From: Candidatus Krumholzibacteriia bacterium
GTDB lineage: Bacteria > Krumholzibacteriota > Krumholzibacteriia > LZORAL124-64-63
DNA: 64,000 nucleotides
NCBI GenBank assembly: GCA_050174015.1
Contig: JBFXKG010000009.1
Coordinates: 32,001-96,000 of the forward strand
Direction: 5' to 3'
Shown: positions 10,792 to 26,891 of the stretch, one piece after another
How the letters are laid out: each line of letters begins with the position of its first letter
Position numbering within the stretch: position 1 is the first letter of the stretch
Notes under the pieces: model-generated
What the model was told of the DNA's origin: nothing
The model's input: only the letters and a program-made list of their open reading frames with translations
Databases searched by the model: none
Made by a program: the position numbers and the translations under genes

Positions 10792-10983
10792 ATGCTTGCC
10801 CGATTCACAGCGTATCTGCGGGAGACGACGCAGGAGATGAAGAGGGTTTCCTGGCCCGGCATGGCCGAGCTCAAGGAATCCACCATCGTGGTGCTGATCA
10901 CCGTGACGGTGATCACCATCCTGCTGTTCGCTGCCGACAAGATCCTCGACCTGGGGATCCAGCAGTTGATAACCCTCGGCTGA
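10792..10983 (+). CDS. secE: Preprotein translocase subunit SecE
   Basis: EMKRVSWP motif followed by one TM helix; synteny. Confidence 0.93.
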   Translation: MLARFTAYLRETTQEMKRVSWPGMAELKESTIVVLITVTVITILLFAADKILDLGIQQLITLG

Positions 10984-11096
10984 CAGCGGCCGGGGCAGTG
11001 GGAGTGGAAATCCAGGCGTACCGTGGAACGGGACGAGTGTCCTGTTGCTATGGTGTGTCTGTATGCGTTTCTGGAGCATAGGGAATGGGAGCCGCC

Positions 11097-11942
11097 GTGT
11101 TCGAATCCGACGAAGATCAGAACGAACGCAACAAGCAGGACGCCGCTGACCTGTTTTCGGGCCTGGAGGACGAGGACGACGCCGTCGATGACGGGGACGA
11201 CGAGCCCGCGGGCGGGTCCGACGAATCCGGCGACGACGGGGACTCCCTGTTCCTGGATCTGCCCGAGGATGAGGCTCCCGGCGAGGACGCCGAGGTCCCG
11301 GCCGGGGTGGAGGACGCCTCCGGCGGCGATCCCGAGGAGGACGAACTCCTGGCCGCGGTGGAGCTGGAGATCTCGCCCGCCGAAAAGGCCGAGATCGAGC
11401 GGCGCGGCAAGATGAAGTGGTACGTGATCCACGCCAACACCGGCCATGAGAACAAGGTCAAGCGCAACATCGAGATGGCCGTGAAGTCCAACCACATGGA
11501 GGACTACTTCGGCGAGGTGCTGGTGGCCACCCAGGAAGTGACGGAGATGAAGAACGGCAAGCGCTCCACCGTGAAGCGCAAGTTCTTCCCCAGCTACATC
11601 CTGGTCGAGATGATCATGGACAAGGAGACCCACCACTTCATCAACAGCATTCCCGGCGTCACCCGCTTCATCGGCGGCACGCCCCTGAAGCCCCAGCCCA
11701 TCACCAGGGAGGAGGTGGACCGCATCCTCGGTCGCATCTCGGCTCCCGAGGAGGGCGGGACGACCCTGGAGATCCCCTACGAGGTGGGGGACAGCGTCCA
11801 GGTGATGGACGGCCCGTTCACCGAGTGGGTCGGCGTGATCAACGAGATCAATCACGACAAGGGCAAGCTGAAGGTCATGATCTCGATTTTCGGTTCGGAG
11901 ACTCCGGTGGAACTCGATTTCCTGCAGGTCAAGCCTGTCTGA
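11097..11942 (+). CDS. nusG: Transcription termination/antitermination factor NusG with acidic N-terminal extension
   Basis: KWYVIHANTGHENKVK, FFPSYILVEM and KOW domain (GPF...ISIFGSETPVEL). GTG start after GGGAG; alternative ATG at 11085. Confidence 0.95.
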   Translation: MFESDEDQNERNKQDAADLFSGLEDEDDAVDDGDDEPAGGSDESGDDGDSLFLDLPEDEAPGEDAEVPAGVEDASGGDPEEDELLAAVELEISPAEKAEIERRGKMKWYVIHANTGHENKVKRNIEMAVKSNHMEDYFGEVLVATQEVTEMKNGKRSTVKRKFFPSYILVEMIMDKETHHFINSIPGVTRFIGGTPLKPQPITREEVDRILGRISAPEEGGTTLEIPYEVGDSVQVMDGPFTEWVGVINEINHDKGKLKVMISIFGSETPVELDFLQVKPV

Positions 11943-12135
11943 GTTCCCCGTCGTCTGCGCGGCCCGGGTTTGTCTGGGCCCGGCTGCGCGGCCGCCAGCG
12001 CCCCTCTCAGCGCTTGCGGGTATTCCATAGATGAGGCCGAGCCGCGGCCGCAAAACCACGGCGGGTGTGGACTCCCCGCAGGTGGCGGACCGGAGGCGGT
12101 GAAGCCGGCTCCACTATTGAAGGAGAATGGTCGAC

Positions 12136-12558
12136 ATGGCAAAGAAAGTCATGACGCAGATCAAGTTGCAGATCAAGGCCGGGCTGGCCAATCCCGCCCC
12201 TCCGGTGGGACCTGCTCTCGGTCAGCATGGTTTGAACATCATGGAGTTCTGCAGCGCCTTCAATGAAAGGACCAAGGAGCAGATGGGCCTGGTGATCCCC
12301 GTGGTGATCACCGTCTTTGCGGATCGGAGCTTCAGCTTCATCACCAAGACGCCTCCCGCTTCGGTCCTGATCAAGAAGGCAGTCGGACTGGAATCCGGCA
12401 GCTCCGCTCCCGGCAGGACCTCCGCCGGCACCATCACGCGGGCCAAGCTCCGCGAGATCGCCGAAGTGAAGATGGTGGACCTGAACGCCGGGTCGCCCGA
12501 GGCCGCGATGAAGATCATCGCCGGCACCGCGCGCAGCATGGGGCTCGAGATCGTCTAG
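12136..12558 (+). CDS. rplK: 50S ribosomal protein L11
   Basis: [15 protein letters not shown] and IAGTARSMG motifs. Confidence 0.98.
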   Translation: MAKKVMTQIKLQIKAGLANPAPPVGPALGQHGLNIMEFCSAFNERTKEQMGLVIPVVITVFADRSFSFITKTPPASVLIKKAVGLESGSSAPGRTSAGTITRAKLREIAEVKMVDLNAGSPEAAMKIIAGTARSMGLEIV

Positions 12559-12618
12559 TCGTCGACATGACTGAGAACCCACGGCGCCGGGCCCGCAAGG
12601 GCCGGCGGGTGCCGGAGA

Positions 12619-12647
12619 GAGGCAGGGGGACCTGGTCCCCGCTCCTC
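12619..12647 (+). promoter_or_regulatory. Candidate L1-binding autoregulatory hairpin upstream of rplA
   Basis: GAGG-CAG-GGGGA...TCCCC-GCT-CCTC stem with an internal loop in the rplK-rplA spacer. Confidence 0.4.
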
Positions 12648-12682
12648 GTCGCAACATCACAGTCAACCGGAGAGACAACCCA

Positions 12683-13372
12683 ATGAAGCACGGGAAATCC
12701 TACAAAAAAGCCCGGGAACTCTACGAGAAGCAGCGGGAATATTCCATTTCCGAGGCCCTCGGGGTTCTCGCGAACCTCCCCAAGGCGAAGTTCGACGAAT
12801 CGGTGGACATGGCGTTCAGGCTGAACGTCAACCCCAAGCACGCCGACCAGATGGTCCGCGGCACCGTGGTCCTCCCGAACGGAACCGGCAAGTCCGTGTC
12901 CGTCCTGGTGATCACCCGCGGTCCCAAGGAGCAGGAAGCCAAGGACGCCGGGGCCGACATGGTCGGCGCCGACGAGTACCTGCCCAAGATCAAGGACGGC
13001 TGGACCGATGTCGACGTCATCATCGCCACCCCCGACATGATGGGTGAGCTGGGCAAGCTGGGCCGGATCCTCGGTCCCCGCGGGCTCATGCCCAACCCGA
13101 AGGTCGGCACCGTCACCATGGACATCGCCAAGGCCGTCCGCGAAGCCAAGGCGGGCCGGATCGAGTACCGGGTCGACAAGTCCGGGATCATCCACGCCCC
13201 CATCGGCAAGCGGTCCTTCACCCCCGATCAGCTGGTGGAGAACGCCAAGACCCTGTTCCAGGAGCTGGTGCGGGTCAAGCCCGCCGCGGTCAAGGGCGTC
13301 TACGTCAAGTCGGTGTTCCTGTCCGGGACGATGACCCCTTCGATCCGCGTCGAGGCCGGCAGCCTGAACTAG
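12683..13372 (+). CDS. rplA: 50S ribosomal protein L1
   Basis: KFDESVD, DQMVRG and LGPRGLMPNPK motifs. Confidence 0.98.
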   Translation: MKHGKSYKKARELYEKQREYSISEALGVLANLPKAKFDESVDMAFRLNVNPKHADQMVRGTVVLPNGTGKSVSVLVITRGPKEQEAKDAGADMVGADEYLPKIKDGWTDVDVIIATPDMMGELGKLGRILGPRGLMPNPKVGTVTMDIAKAVREAKAGRIEYRVDKSGIIHAPIGKRSFTPDQLVENAKTLFQELVRVKPAAVKGVYVKSVFLSGTMTPSIRVEAGSLN

Positions 13373-13440
13373 GCCCAGCCGGGGGTAGTTTCGCTCGGGC
13401 GCCTCTGTAGGCACCTGAATAGATCAAGGAGAGTTGCCTG

Positions 13441-13965
13441 ATGGCACGTCCAGAAAAAGTAGCCGAGGTCCAGGCGATCGCCGAAAGGATCCAGTCCGCC
13501 CAGTGCATGATCCTGGCGGACTACACGGGCCTGACGGTGGAGAAGATGACGATTTTCCGGCGGAATTGCCGGGCGCAGTCGATCGATTGCCGGGTGGTCA
13601 AGAACCGCCTGGCCCGCATCGCCGCCGACGATTCCGGGATGTCGGTCATGAAGGAGTACCTCAAGGGTCCGATGGCCATCCTCTTCGGCATGGGAAGCCA
13701 GGTCGAAGCCGCCAAGGTCGCGGTCGATTTCGCCAAGGACAACGAGGCTCTCAAGGTCAGGGGCGGGTTCGTGGACGGGAAGTATCTCGACGCGGACCAG
13801 GTCGTCGCCCTGTCCAGGACCCCGAGCCGGGAGGAGCTGCTGGCCAAGATGATGGGCAGCATCAATTCCCCCGCCTCCGGTCTCGTGGGCACGATCAACG
13901 GCGTCGCCGCCGCCCTGGCCCGCGTCATCGACGCCGCGGCCAAGCAGAAAGCCGAAGCGGCCTGA
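13441..13965 (+). CDS. rplJ: 50S ribosomal protein L10
   Basis: DYTGLTV, VVKNRL and PSREELL motifs; synteny. Confidence 0.96.
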   Translation: MARPEKVAEVQAIAERIQSAQCMILADYTGLTVEKMTIFRRNCRAQSIDCRVVKNRLARIAADDSGMSVMKEYLKGPMAILFGMGSQVEAAKVAVDFAKDNEALKVRGGFVDGKYLDADQVVALSRTPSREELLAKMMGSINSPASGLVGTINGVAAALARVIDAAAKQKAEAA

Positions 13966-14079
13966 CAGGGCCCGCTTCTCATCTAGCGGCTGCGGCGGCG
14001 TCCTGAAGTGTGCCGGCCGCAGCAGGAACCAGACGAACGACCGGGTCCCCGGATCCGGAAGGCAAGGAGATAGAGAACA

Positions 14080-14472
14080 ATGTCCGAGATCAACCTCAGC
14101 GCAAACGCCGCCAAGGCCCTGGAACTGATCGACACCCTGACCATCCTCGAGGCCGCCGACCTGGTCAAGGCCATGGAGGAGAAGTACGGCGTCAGCGCCG
14201 CCGCCCCGGTGGCCGTGGCCGCCGTCGCCGCCGACTCCGGCGCCGCCGCCGAAGAGGCCAAGGACGAGTTCGACGTCATGCTCACCGGCGTCGGCGACAA
14301 GAAGATCCAGGTGATCAAGGTCGTCCGGGCCATCACGGGCCTGGGTCTGAAGGAGGCCAAGGAACTGGTCGAGTCCGCTCCGGTGGCCGTCAAGGAAGGC
14401 GTGTCCAAGGCTGAAGCCGAGGACCTCAAGACCAAGCTGGAAGAGGTCGGTGCCATCATCGACCTGAAGTAG
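14080..14472 (+). CDS. rplL: 50S ribosomal protein L7/L12
   Basis: Ala-rich hinge, EFDV and [20 protein letters not shown] motifs. Confidence 0.98.
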   Translation: MSEINLSANAAKALELIDTLTILEAADLVKAMEEKYGVSAAAPVAVAAVAADSGAAAEEAKDEFDVMLTGVGDKKIQVIKVVRAITGLGLKEAKELVESAPVAVKEGVSKAEAEDLKTKLEEVGAIIDLK

Positions 14473-14498
14473 CCTTCTGCTTCGCCAGTCCAAGGAAC

Positions 14499-14525
14499 CC
14501 GGGGGGCCGGCAAGCGGCCCCCCGG
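14499..14525 (+). terminator. GC-rich hairpin between rplL and rpoB (attenuator or processing candidate)
   Basis: CCGGGGGGCCG-GCAAG-CGGCCCCCCGG 11-bp stem; no U tract. Confidence 0.45.
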
Positions 14526-14604
14526 AAGGCCGATTCGCCCGTGATGTGATGATGCCGGCTCCGGGATGCCGGCGCCCTACCCCTTCTTCCGAGGAAGTGG
14601 TCCA

Positions 14605-18432
<3,828 letters not shown>

Positions 18433-18491
18433 ATCGGATCGTCTTTATCAGGCGGGGCCCGGACGGGGCCCGGCGCCGGAATGGAGAATAC

Positions 18492-22676
<4,185 letters not shown>

Positions 22677-22700
22677 TCCGGCTTCCGCGATGACACCACA

Positions 22701-22732
22701 GAAGGGCGGCTGCCGGGAGGCGGCCGCCCTTC
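22701..22732 (+). terminator. Stem-loop after rpoC
   Basis: GAAGGGCGGCTGCC-GGGA-GGCGGCCGCCCTTC 14-bp stem with a GNRA loop. Confidence 0.65.
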
Positions 22733-22858
22733 GATTCAACGGGGAAGTCCCACTTTTTCCATGGCGCATCCTCCTTTTTTCCAGAGCTTTGTCTTGGCTC
22801 AAACCGGTGGCTGCCCGATATTGGGACGGGAGATCGACCCCAACCCGGAGGTATCGCG

Positions 22859-24205
22859 GTGGATGTCGCCCTGCTGTCCCGGATCCAGTTCGCCGTCACC
22901 ATCGGTTTCCACTACATCTACCCCCCCCTGAGCATCGGCCTGGGCCTGGTGCTGGTCCTGATGGAGGGGCTGCACCTGAAGACGGGGCGGGCGATCTACC
23001 GCCAGATGACCCGGTTCTGGGTCCGCATTTTCGGGCTGATCTTCGCCATGGGTGTCGGGACGGGGATCGTCATGGAGTTCGAGTTCGGGACCAACTGGGC
23101 GGCCTACTCGCGCTTCGTGGGCGACATCTTCGGCAGCCCGCTGGCCGCGGAGGGGATCTTCGCATTCTTCCTGGAATCGGGGTTCCTGGCGATCCTGCTG
23201 TTCGGCTGGGACCGCGTGGGCCCGCGCATGCACTTCCTGTCCACCGTTCTGGTCTGTCTGGGCGCCCATTTCAGCGCAGTGTGGATCATCGTGGCCAACA
23301 GCTGGATGCAGACGCCGACCGCCTTCCGCATCGTCGAGACGGCGGTGGGCAGGAGGGCCGAGATCACCGACTTCTGGGGCGCCGTCCTCAATCCCTCCAC
23401 CCTGGACCGGCTCAGCCACACCATCATGGGCGCCTGGCAGGCGGGGGCCTTCTTCGTGATCTCGGTCGGGGCCTTCTACCTGGTGCGCGGCCGCCACCCG
23501 GAGTTCGCCCGCAGGTCCATGGGCATCGCCCTGGGCGTGGCGATGGTCGCCTCCCTGGGCCAGCTCGCGACCGGGCATTCCAGCGCGGTGACCCTCGCCG
23601 AACATCAGCCGGCCAAGCTGGCCGCCTTCGAGGGCCACTACCGGACCGGGGGCCACGCGCCCCTGACCCTGATGGGGTGGGTCGACGAGGAAGGCGAGCG
23701 GGTGATCGGCCCGAAGATTCCCGGCCTGCTCAGCTGGCTGGTGGGCGGCTCGACCGCCACGGTGGTCCGGGGTCTCGAGGAATTCCCAGCGGACGAGCGA
23801 CCGCCCGTCCAGGCGACCTTCCAGTTCTACCACCTGATGGTGGCCATCGGCATGGGGTTGATCCTCCTCTCCTGGGGTGGGGGACTGCTGGCCTGGCGGG
23901 GGACCCTGTTCCGCAGCCGCCCCCTGCTGTGGGTGATGGTCTTCTCGGTGCTGCTGCCCCAGCTGTCCAACCAGCTCGGCTGGGCCGCCGCCGAGGTGGG
24001 CCGCCAGCCCTGGATCGTCTACGGCTTGATGAGGACCGCCGACGGGGTCAGCGACACGGTGGGCGCCGCCAGCGTGGTGGCCTCCCTGGTCCTTTTCACC
24101 CTGATCTACGTGGGGCTGCTGGTCGTCTTCCTGGTCCTGCTGGACCAGAAGATCCGCAAGGGCCCCCTGCCCGAGGATCTGGGTCCCGCCCCGGAGGTGG
24201 AGTGA
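22859..24205 (+). CDS. cydA: Cytochrome bd ubiquinol oxidase subunit I (short Q-loop type)
   Basis: GFHYIYPP, EFGTNW, FFLES, ANSWMQTP, QPAKLAAFEG, YHLM and EVGRQPW motifs. Confidence 0.97.
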   Translation: MDVALLSRIQFAVTIGFHYIYPPLSIGLGLVLVLMEGLHLKTGRAIYRQMTRFWVRIFGLIFAMGVGTGIVMEFEFGTNWAAYSRFVGDIFGSPLAAEGIFAFFLESGFLAILLFGWDRVGPRMHFLSTVLVCLGAHFSAVWIIVANSWMQTPTAFRIVETAVGRRAEITDFWGAVLNPSTLDRLSHTIMGAWQAGAFFVISVGAFYLVRGRHPEFARRSMGIALGVAMVASLGQLATGHSSAVTLAEHQPAKLAAFEGHYRTGGHAPLTLMGWVDEEGERVIGPKIPGLLSWLVGGSTATVVRGLEEFPADERPPVQATFQFYHLMVAIGMGLILLSWGGGLLAWRGTLFRSRPLLWVMVFSVLLPQLSNQLGWAAAEVGRQPWIVYGLMRTADGVSDTVGAASVVASLVLFTLIYVGLLVVFLVLLDQKIRKGPLPEDLGPAPEVE

Positions 24206-25230
24206 TGGATGCCCCCGTCTACAACGAGATCTGGTACGTCCTGGTGGGGATCCTCTTCACCGGCTACGCCATCCTCGACGGTTTCGACCTGGGTGTGGGC
24301 GGACTCCACCTGTTGACGCGGACGGACACCGACCGCCGGATCCTGCTGAATTCCATCGGACCCTTCTGGGACGGCAACCAGGTCTGGCTGGTCACCGGCG
24401 GCGGAGCCCTGTTCGCCGCCTTCCCCCACGTCTACGCCACCGCCTTCAGCGGGTTCTACCTGGCCTTCATCCTGCTGCTGTTCAACCTGATCTTCCGCGG
24501 CGTGTCGATCCACGTGCGCAGCCTGCGGCCGGGCGGCCGCTGGAGGGGGTTCTGGGACTGGGCCTTCAGCCTGTCCAGCCTGTTGGCTTCCCTGCTGATC
24601 GGGGTGGCCCTGGGCAACGTGGCGTGGGGCGTGCCGATCGGTCCGGACTTCCGGTATTTCGGAAGCCTTCCGGCCCAGCTGCATCCCTATGCCCTGCTGA
24701 CCGGTGTCACGGTGGTGGCGGCCTTCCTGATGCACGGGGCCATCTACCTGGTGATGAAGACGGATGGGGAACTCAATGGGCGGGTCCGCGAATGGGTGCG
24801 GCCGGCGATCATCTTCTTCGTGATCTTGTACGCGGTGACCACCCTGGCCACCCTGCTCTACCTGCCGCAGATGGTGGAGCCGTTCCGCCGCAACCCGGTC
24901 CTGTTCCTGGTGCCCGTGGGCACGATCCTGGCCATCGCCAACATCCCCCGGGAAGTCCACCGGGGACGGGAGCTGGCCGCCTTCCTCTCCTCGAGCGCGG
25001 CCATCGCGCTGCTGCTGGGTCTGTTCGGCATCGGGATGTTCCCCGAGCTCATCCACGCCCGGCCCGATCCCTCGCGGAGCATGACCGCCTACAACGCGGC
25101 CAGCAGCACGCTCACCCTCAAGACCATGCTCGTGCTCGCCGGCATCGGCATCCCCCTGGTCCTGGGCTACACCTTCCACATCTACCGGGTGTTCCGGGGC
25201 AAGGTCAAGCTGGACGGGATGTCCTATTGA
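24205..25230 (+). CDS. cydB: Cytochrome bd ubiquinol oxidase subunit II
   Basis: LDGFDLGVG, GPFWDGNQVWL, FAAFP and YRVFRGKV motifs; TGATG overlap with cydA. Confidence 0.97.
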   Translation: MDAPVYNEIWYVLVGILFTGYAILDGFDLGVGGLHLLTRTDTDRRILLNSIGPFWDGNQVWLVTGGGALFAAFPHVYATAFSGFYLAFILLLFNLIFRGVSIHVRSLRPGGRWRGFWDWAFSLSSLLASLLIGVALGNVAWGVPIGPDFRYFGSLPAQLHPYALLTGVTVVAAFLMHGAIYLVMKTDGELNGRVREWVRPAIIFFVILYAVTTLATLLYLPQMVEPFRRNPVLFLVPVGTILAIANIPREVHRGRELAAFLSSSAAIALLLGLFGIGMFPELIHARPDPSRSMTAYNAASSTLTLKTMLVLAGIGIPLVLGYTFHIYRVFRGKVKLDGMSY

Positions 25231-25234
25231 GGAC

Positions 25235-25266
25235 GGGGCGCACCCCTTGAAAAAGTGGTGCGCCCC
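25235..25266 (+). terminator. Inverted repeat after cydB
   Basis: GGGGCGCACC-N12-GGTGCGCCCC perfect 10-bp stem. Confidence 0.45.
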
Positions 25267-25305
25267 GGCCGTCACAGCCCTTATCCTGCCCGGGTCGTCC
25301 ACGGC

Positions 25306-26685
25306 ATGCAGGCAGGGGGGGATCCGGACTTGAAGCGCATCATCGAATCGTACGGGCTGCTCCTGGCGCTCATCGCCCTCGCCTATTTCCCCGTCCTGGA
25401 CACCTGGTGGTTCCACGACGACTGGGTGTTCCTGGCCAACGCCGCCGGAATCGAGGCCAGGCCCAATTCCCTGGTGCGCTGGTTCAGCTACCAGGCCTAC
25501 TGGAAGGCCTTCTGGCCGGTCTTCGGGCTGCAGACCTGGCCCTGGGCCCTGACCCGCCTGGGACTCCTTTTCGGCTCCGCGGTCCTGGTGGGTCGGGTCG
25601 GCCGGCTGGTGGGTCAGAAGCGGACCGAGGCAGCCCTGGCCGCCCTGGTGCTGGCCGCCAGCCCGGTGGCCTTCGAGAGCATGTACTGGGGGACCGGAGC
25701 CGTCGAGCTGCTCTGGGTGTTCTTCACCCTGTGGAGCGCCGAGCGCTGGATGCGCGGAGGCGCCCGGAATCGCAGGCTGGCCCTGGCCCTGGCGGCCGCC
25801 GCCATCCTTTCCAAGGAGGTGGCCGTATTCCTGGTGCCTTTGTTCGCCTGGGATCTGCGCCGCCGCGGCGTCCGTGAGGGCGGGACCCGGGCCGGACTGG
25901 CCGGACTGGCCCTGCTGGGGGCGGCCGGGGTCCTGCTGATCTTCAGGGACGTCCAGGGGACCGGGGATTATGCCTTGTCCCTGGCGGATCTGCCCCGGGT
26001 CTTCCTGGTCTGTGGATTCTGGCTGATCGCTCCGGCATCCCATCTGGGCGCAGTGTCCGAGGTCTCAGCCCTGGGGTTGCTGTGCGGAGCCGGCGTGTGG
26101 AGCCTCTGGGGCCTGATGGCCTATCACCGGCTCCAGCTGGACAATCCGTGGCCCCTGGTCCTGCTGGCAGCCGCGGTGGCGATGGTCTTGCCCGTGGCCG
26201 TCCTGGGCGACCACGCGGTCCCCCGCTACCTGCTGGGTCCCCAGGCCGCCTTCGCCCTGTTCCTGCTGAGCTTCCTGAGGCCGGCCAAGTTGCGGGAATC
26301 ATTCCGGACGGTCCTGATGGCCGCCCTCGTCCTCACCGTCCTGGCCATGACGACCGTCGCCTACCAGCAGGAGGCCCGCTGGCCCAGCGGCCGGGCCCGG
26401 CACCGTCTGGTGTTCAAGGAGGAGGTGTCCCGGGCGGCGGCGGAGCGCCTGCGCCGCCTGGATCTGCCCCCCGGGGGGCTGCTGGCCCTGAGGCCGGCGG
26501 CGGGGACCGACCAGGGGCAGGTGGCGGTCCTGAAGGAAGCGGTCGGCGGGAGCGCAGGGATCAGGATGATGGTGGGCCGAGACGCCCAGGTGGTGTGGCT
26601 GGGGCCGGGGGAGGCGGCTCCGGAGGGGGCGACGGTTCTGGAGATGGTGGGGGCGAACCTGGTGCCTCCCGGGCCCGGTGGCTGA
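25306..26685 (+). CDS. Multi-pass membrane protein, GT-C fold glycosyltransferase-like
   Basis: About 10 hydrophobic segments; FHDDW after the first TM helix, plus LSKE and PRYL motifs typical of GT-C/PMT-like proteins. Start uncertain (25255, 25306 or 25330). Confidence 0.65.
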   Translation: MQAGGDPDLKRIIESYGLLLALIALAYFPVLDTWWFHDDWVFLANAAGIEARPNSLVRWFSYQAYWKAFWPVFGLQTWPWALTRLGLLFGSAVLVGRVGRLVGQKRTEAALAALVLAASPVAFESMYWGTGAVELLWVFFTLWSAERWMRGGARNRRLALALAAAAILSKEVAVFLVPLFAWDLRRRGVREGGTRAGLAGLALLGAAGVLLIFRDVQGTGDYALSLADLPRVFLVCGFWLIAPASHLGAVSEVSALGLLCGAGVWSLWGLMAYHRLQLDNPWPLVLLAAAVAMVLPVAVLGDHAVPRYLLGPQAAFALFLLSFLRPAKLRESFRTVLMAALVLTVLAMTTVAYQQEARWPSGRARHRLVFKEEVSRAAAERLRRLDLPPGGLLALRPAAGTDQGQVAVLKEAVGGSAGIRMMVGRDAQVVWLGPGEAAPEGATVLEMVGANLVPPGPGG

Positions 26686-26891
26686 GTCTCGGTTTTTCGC
26701 AAAAGGATGACATCCTCTTTTATTGAATTTCTGCTATCAAAAAAACCCCGATCCTGGTAAAGTCCGACCACGGCCAGGAATGCCAGGCCCAATCGCCCGC
26801 CCATTTTCAGCTGCCACCTCCGGGGCTCCACCGTCCCTGTCCATTTCGGGTTTGTCAGCTCACGTTTTCGAAAGATAAAAGGAGGGATTCC

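Noticed and set aside
13373..13440. Canonical L10 leader before rplJ
   Set aside because: The 68-nt spacer has only a weak stem and I could not match the conserved L10-leader core.
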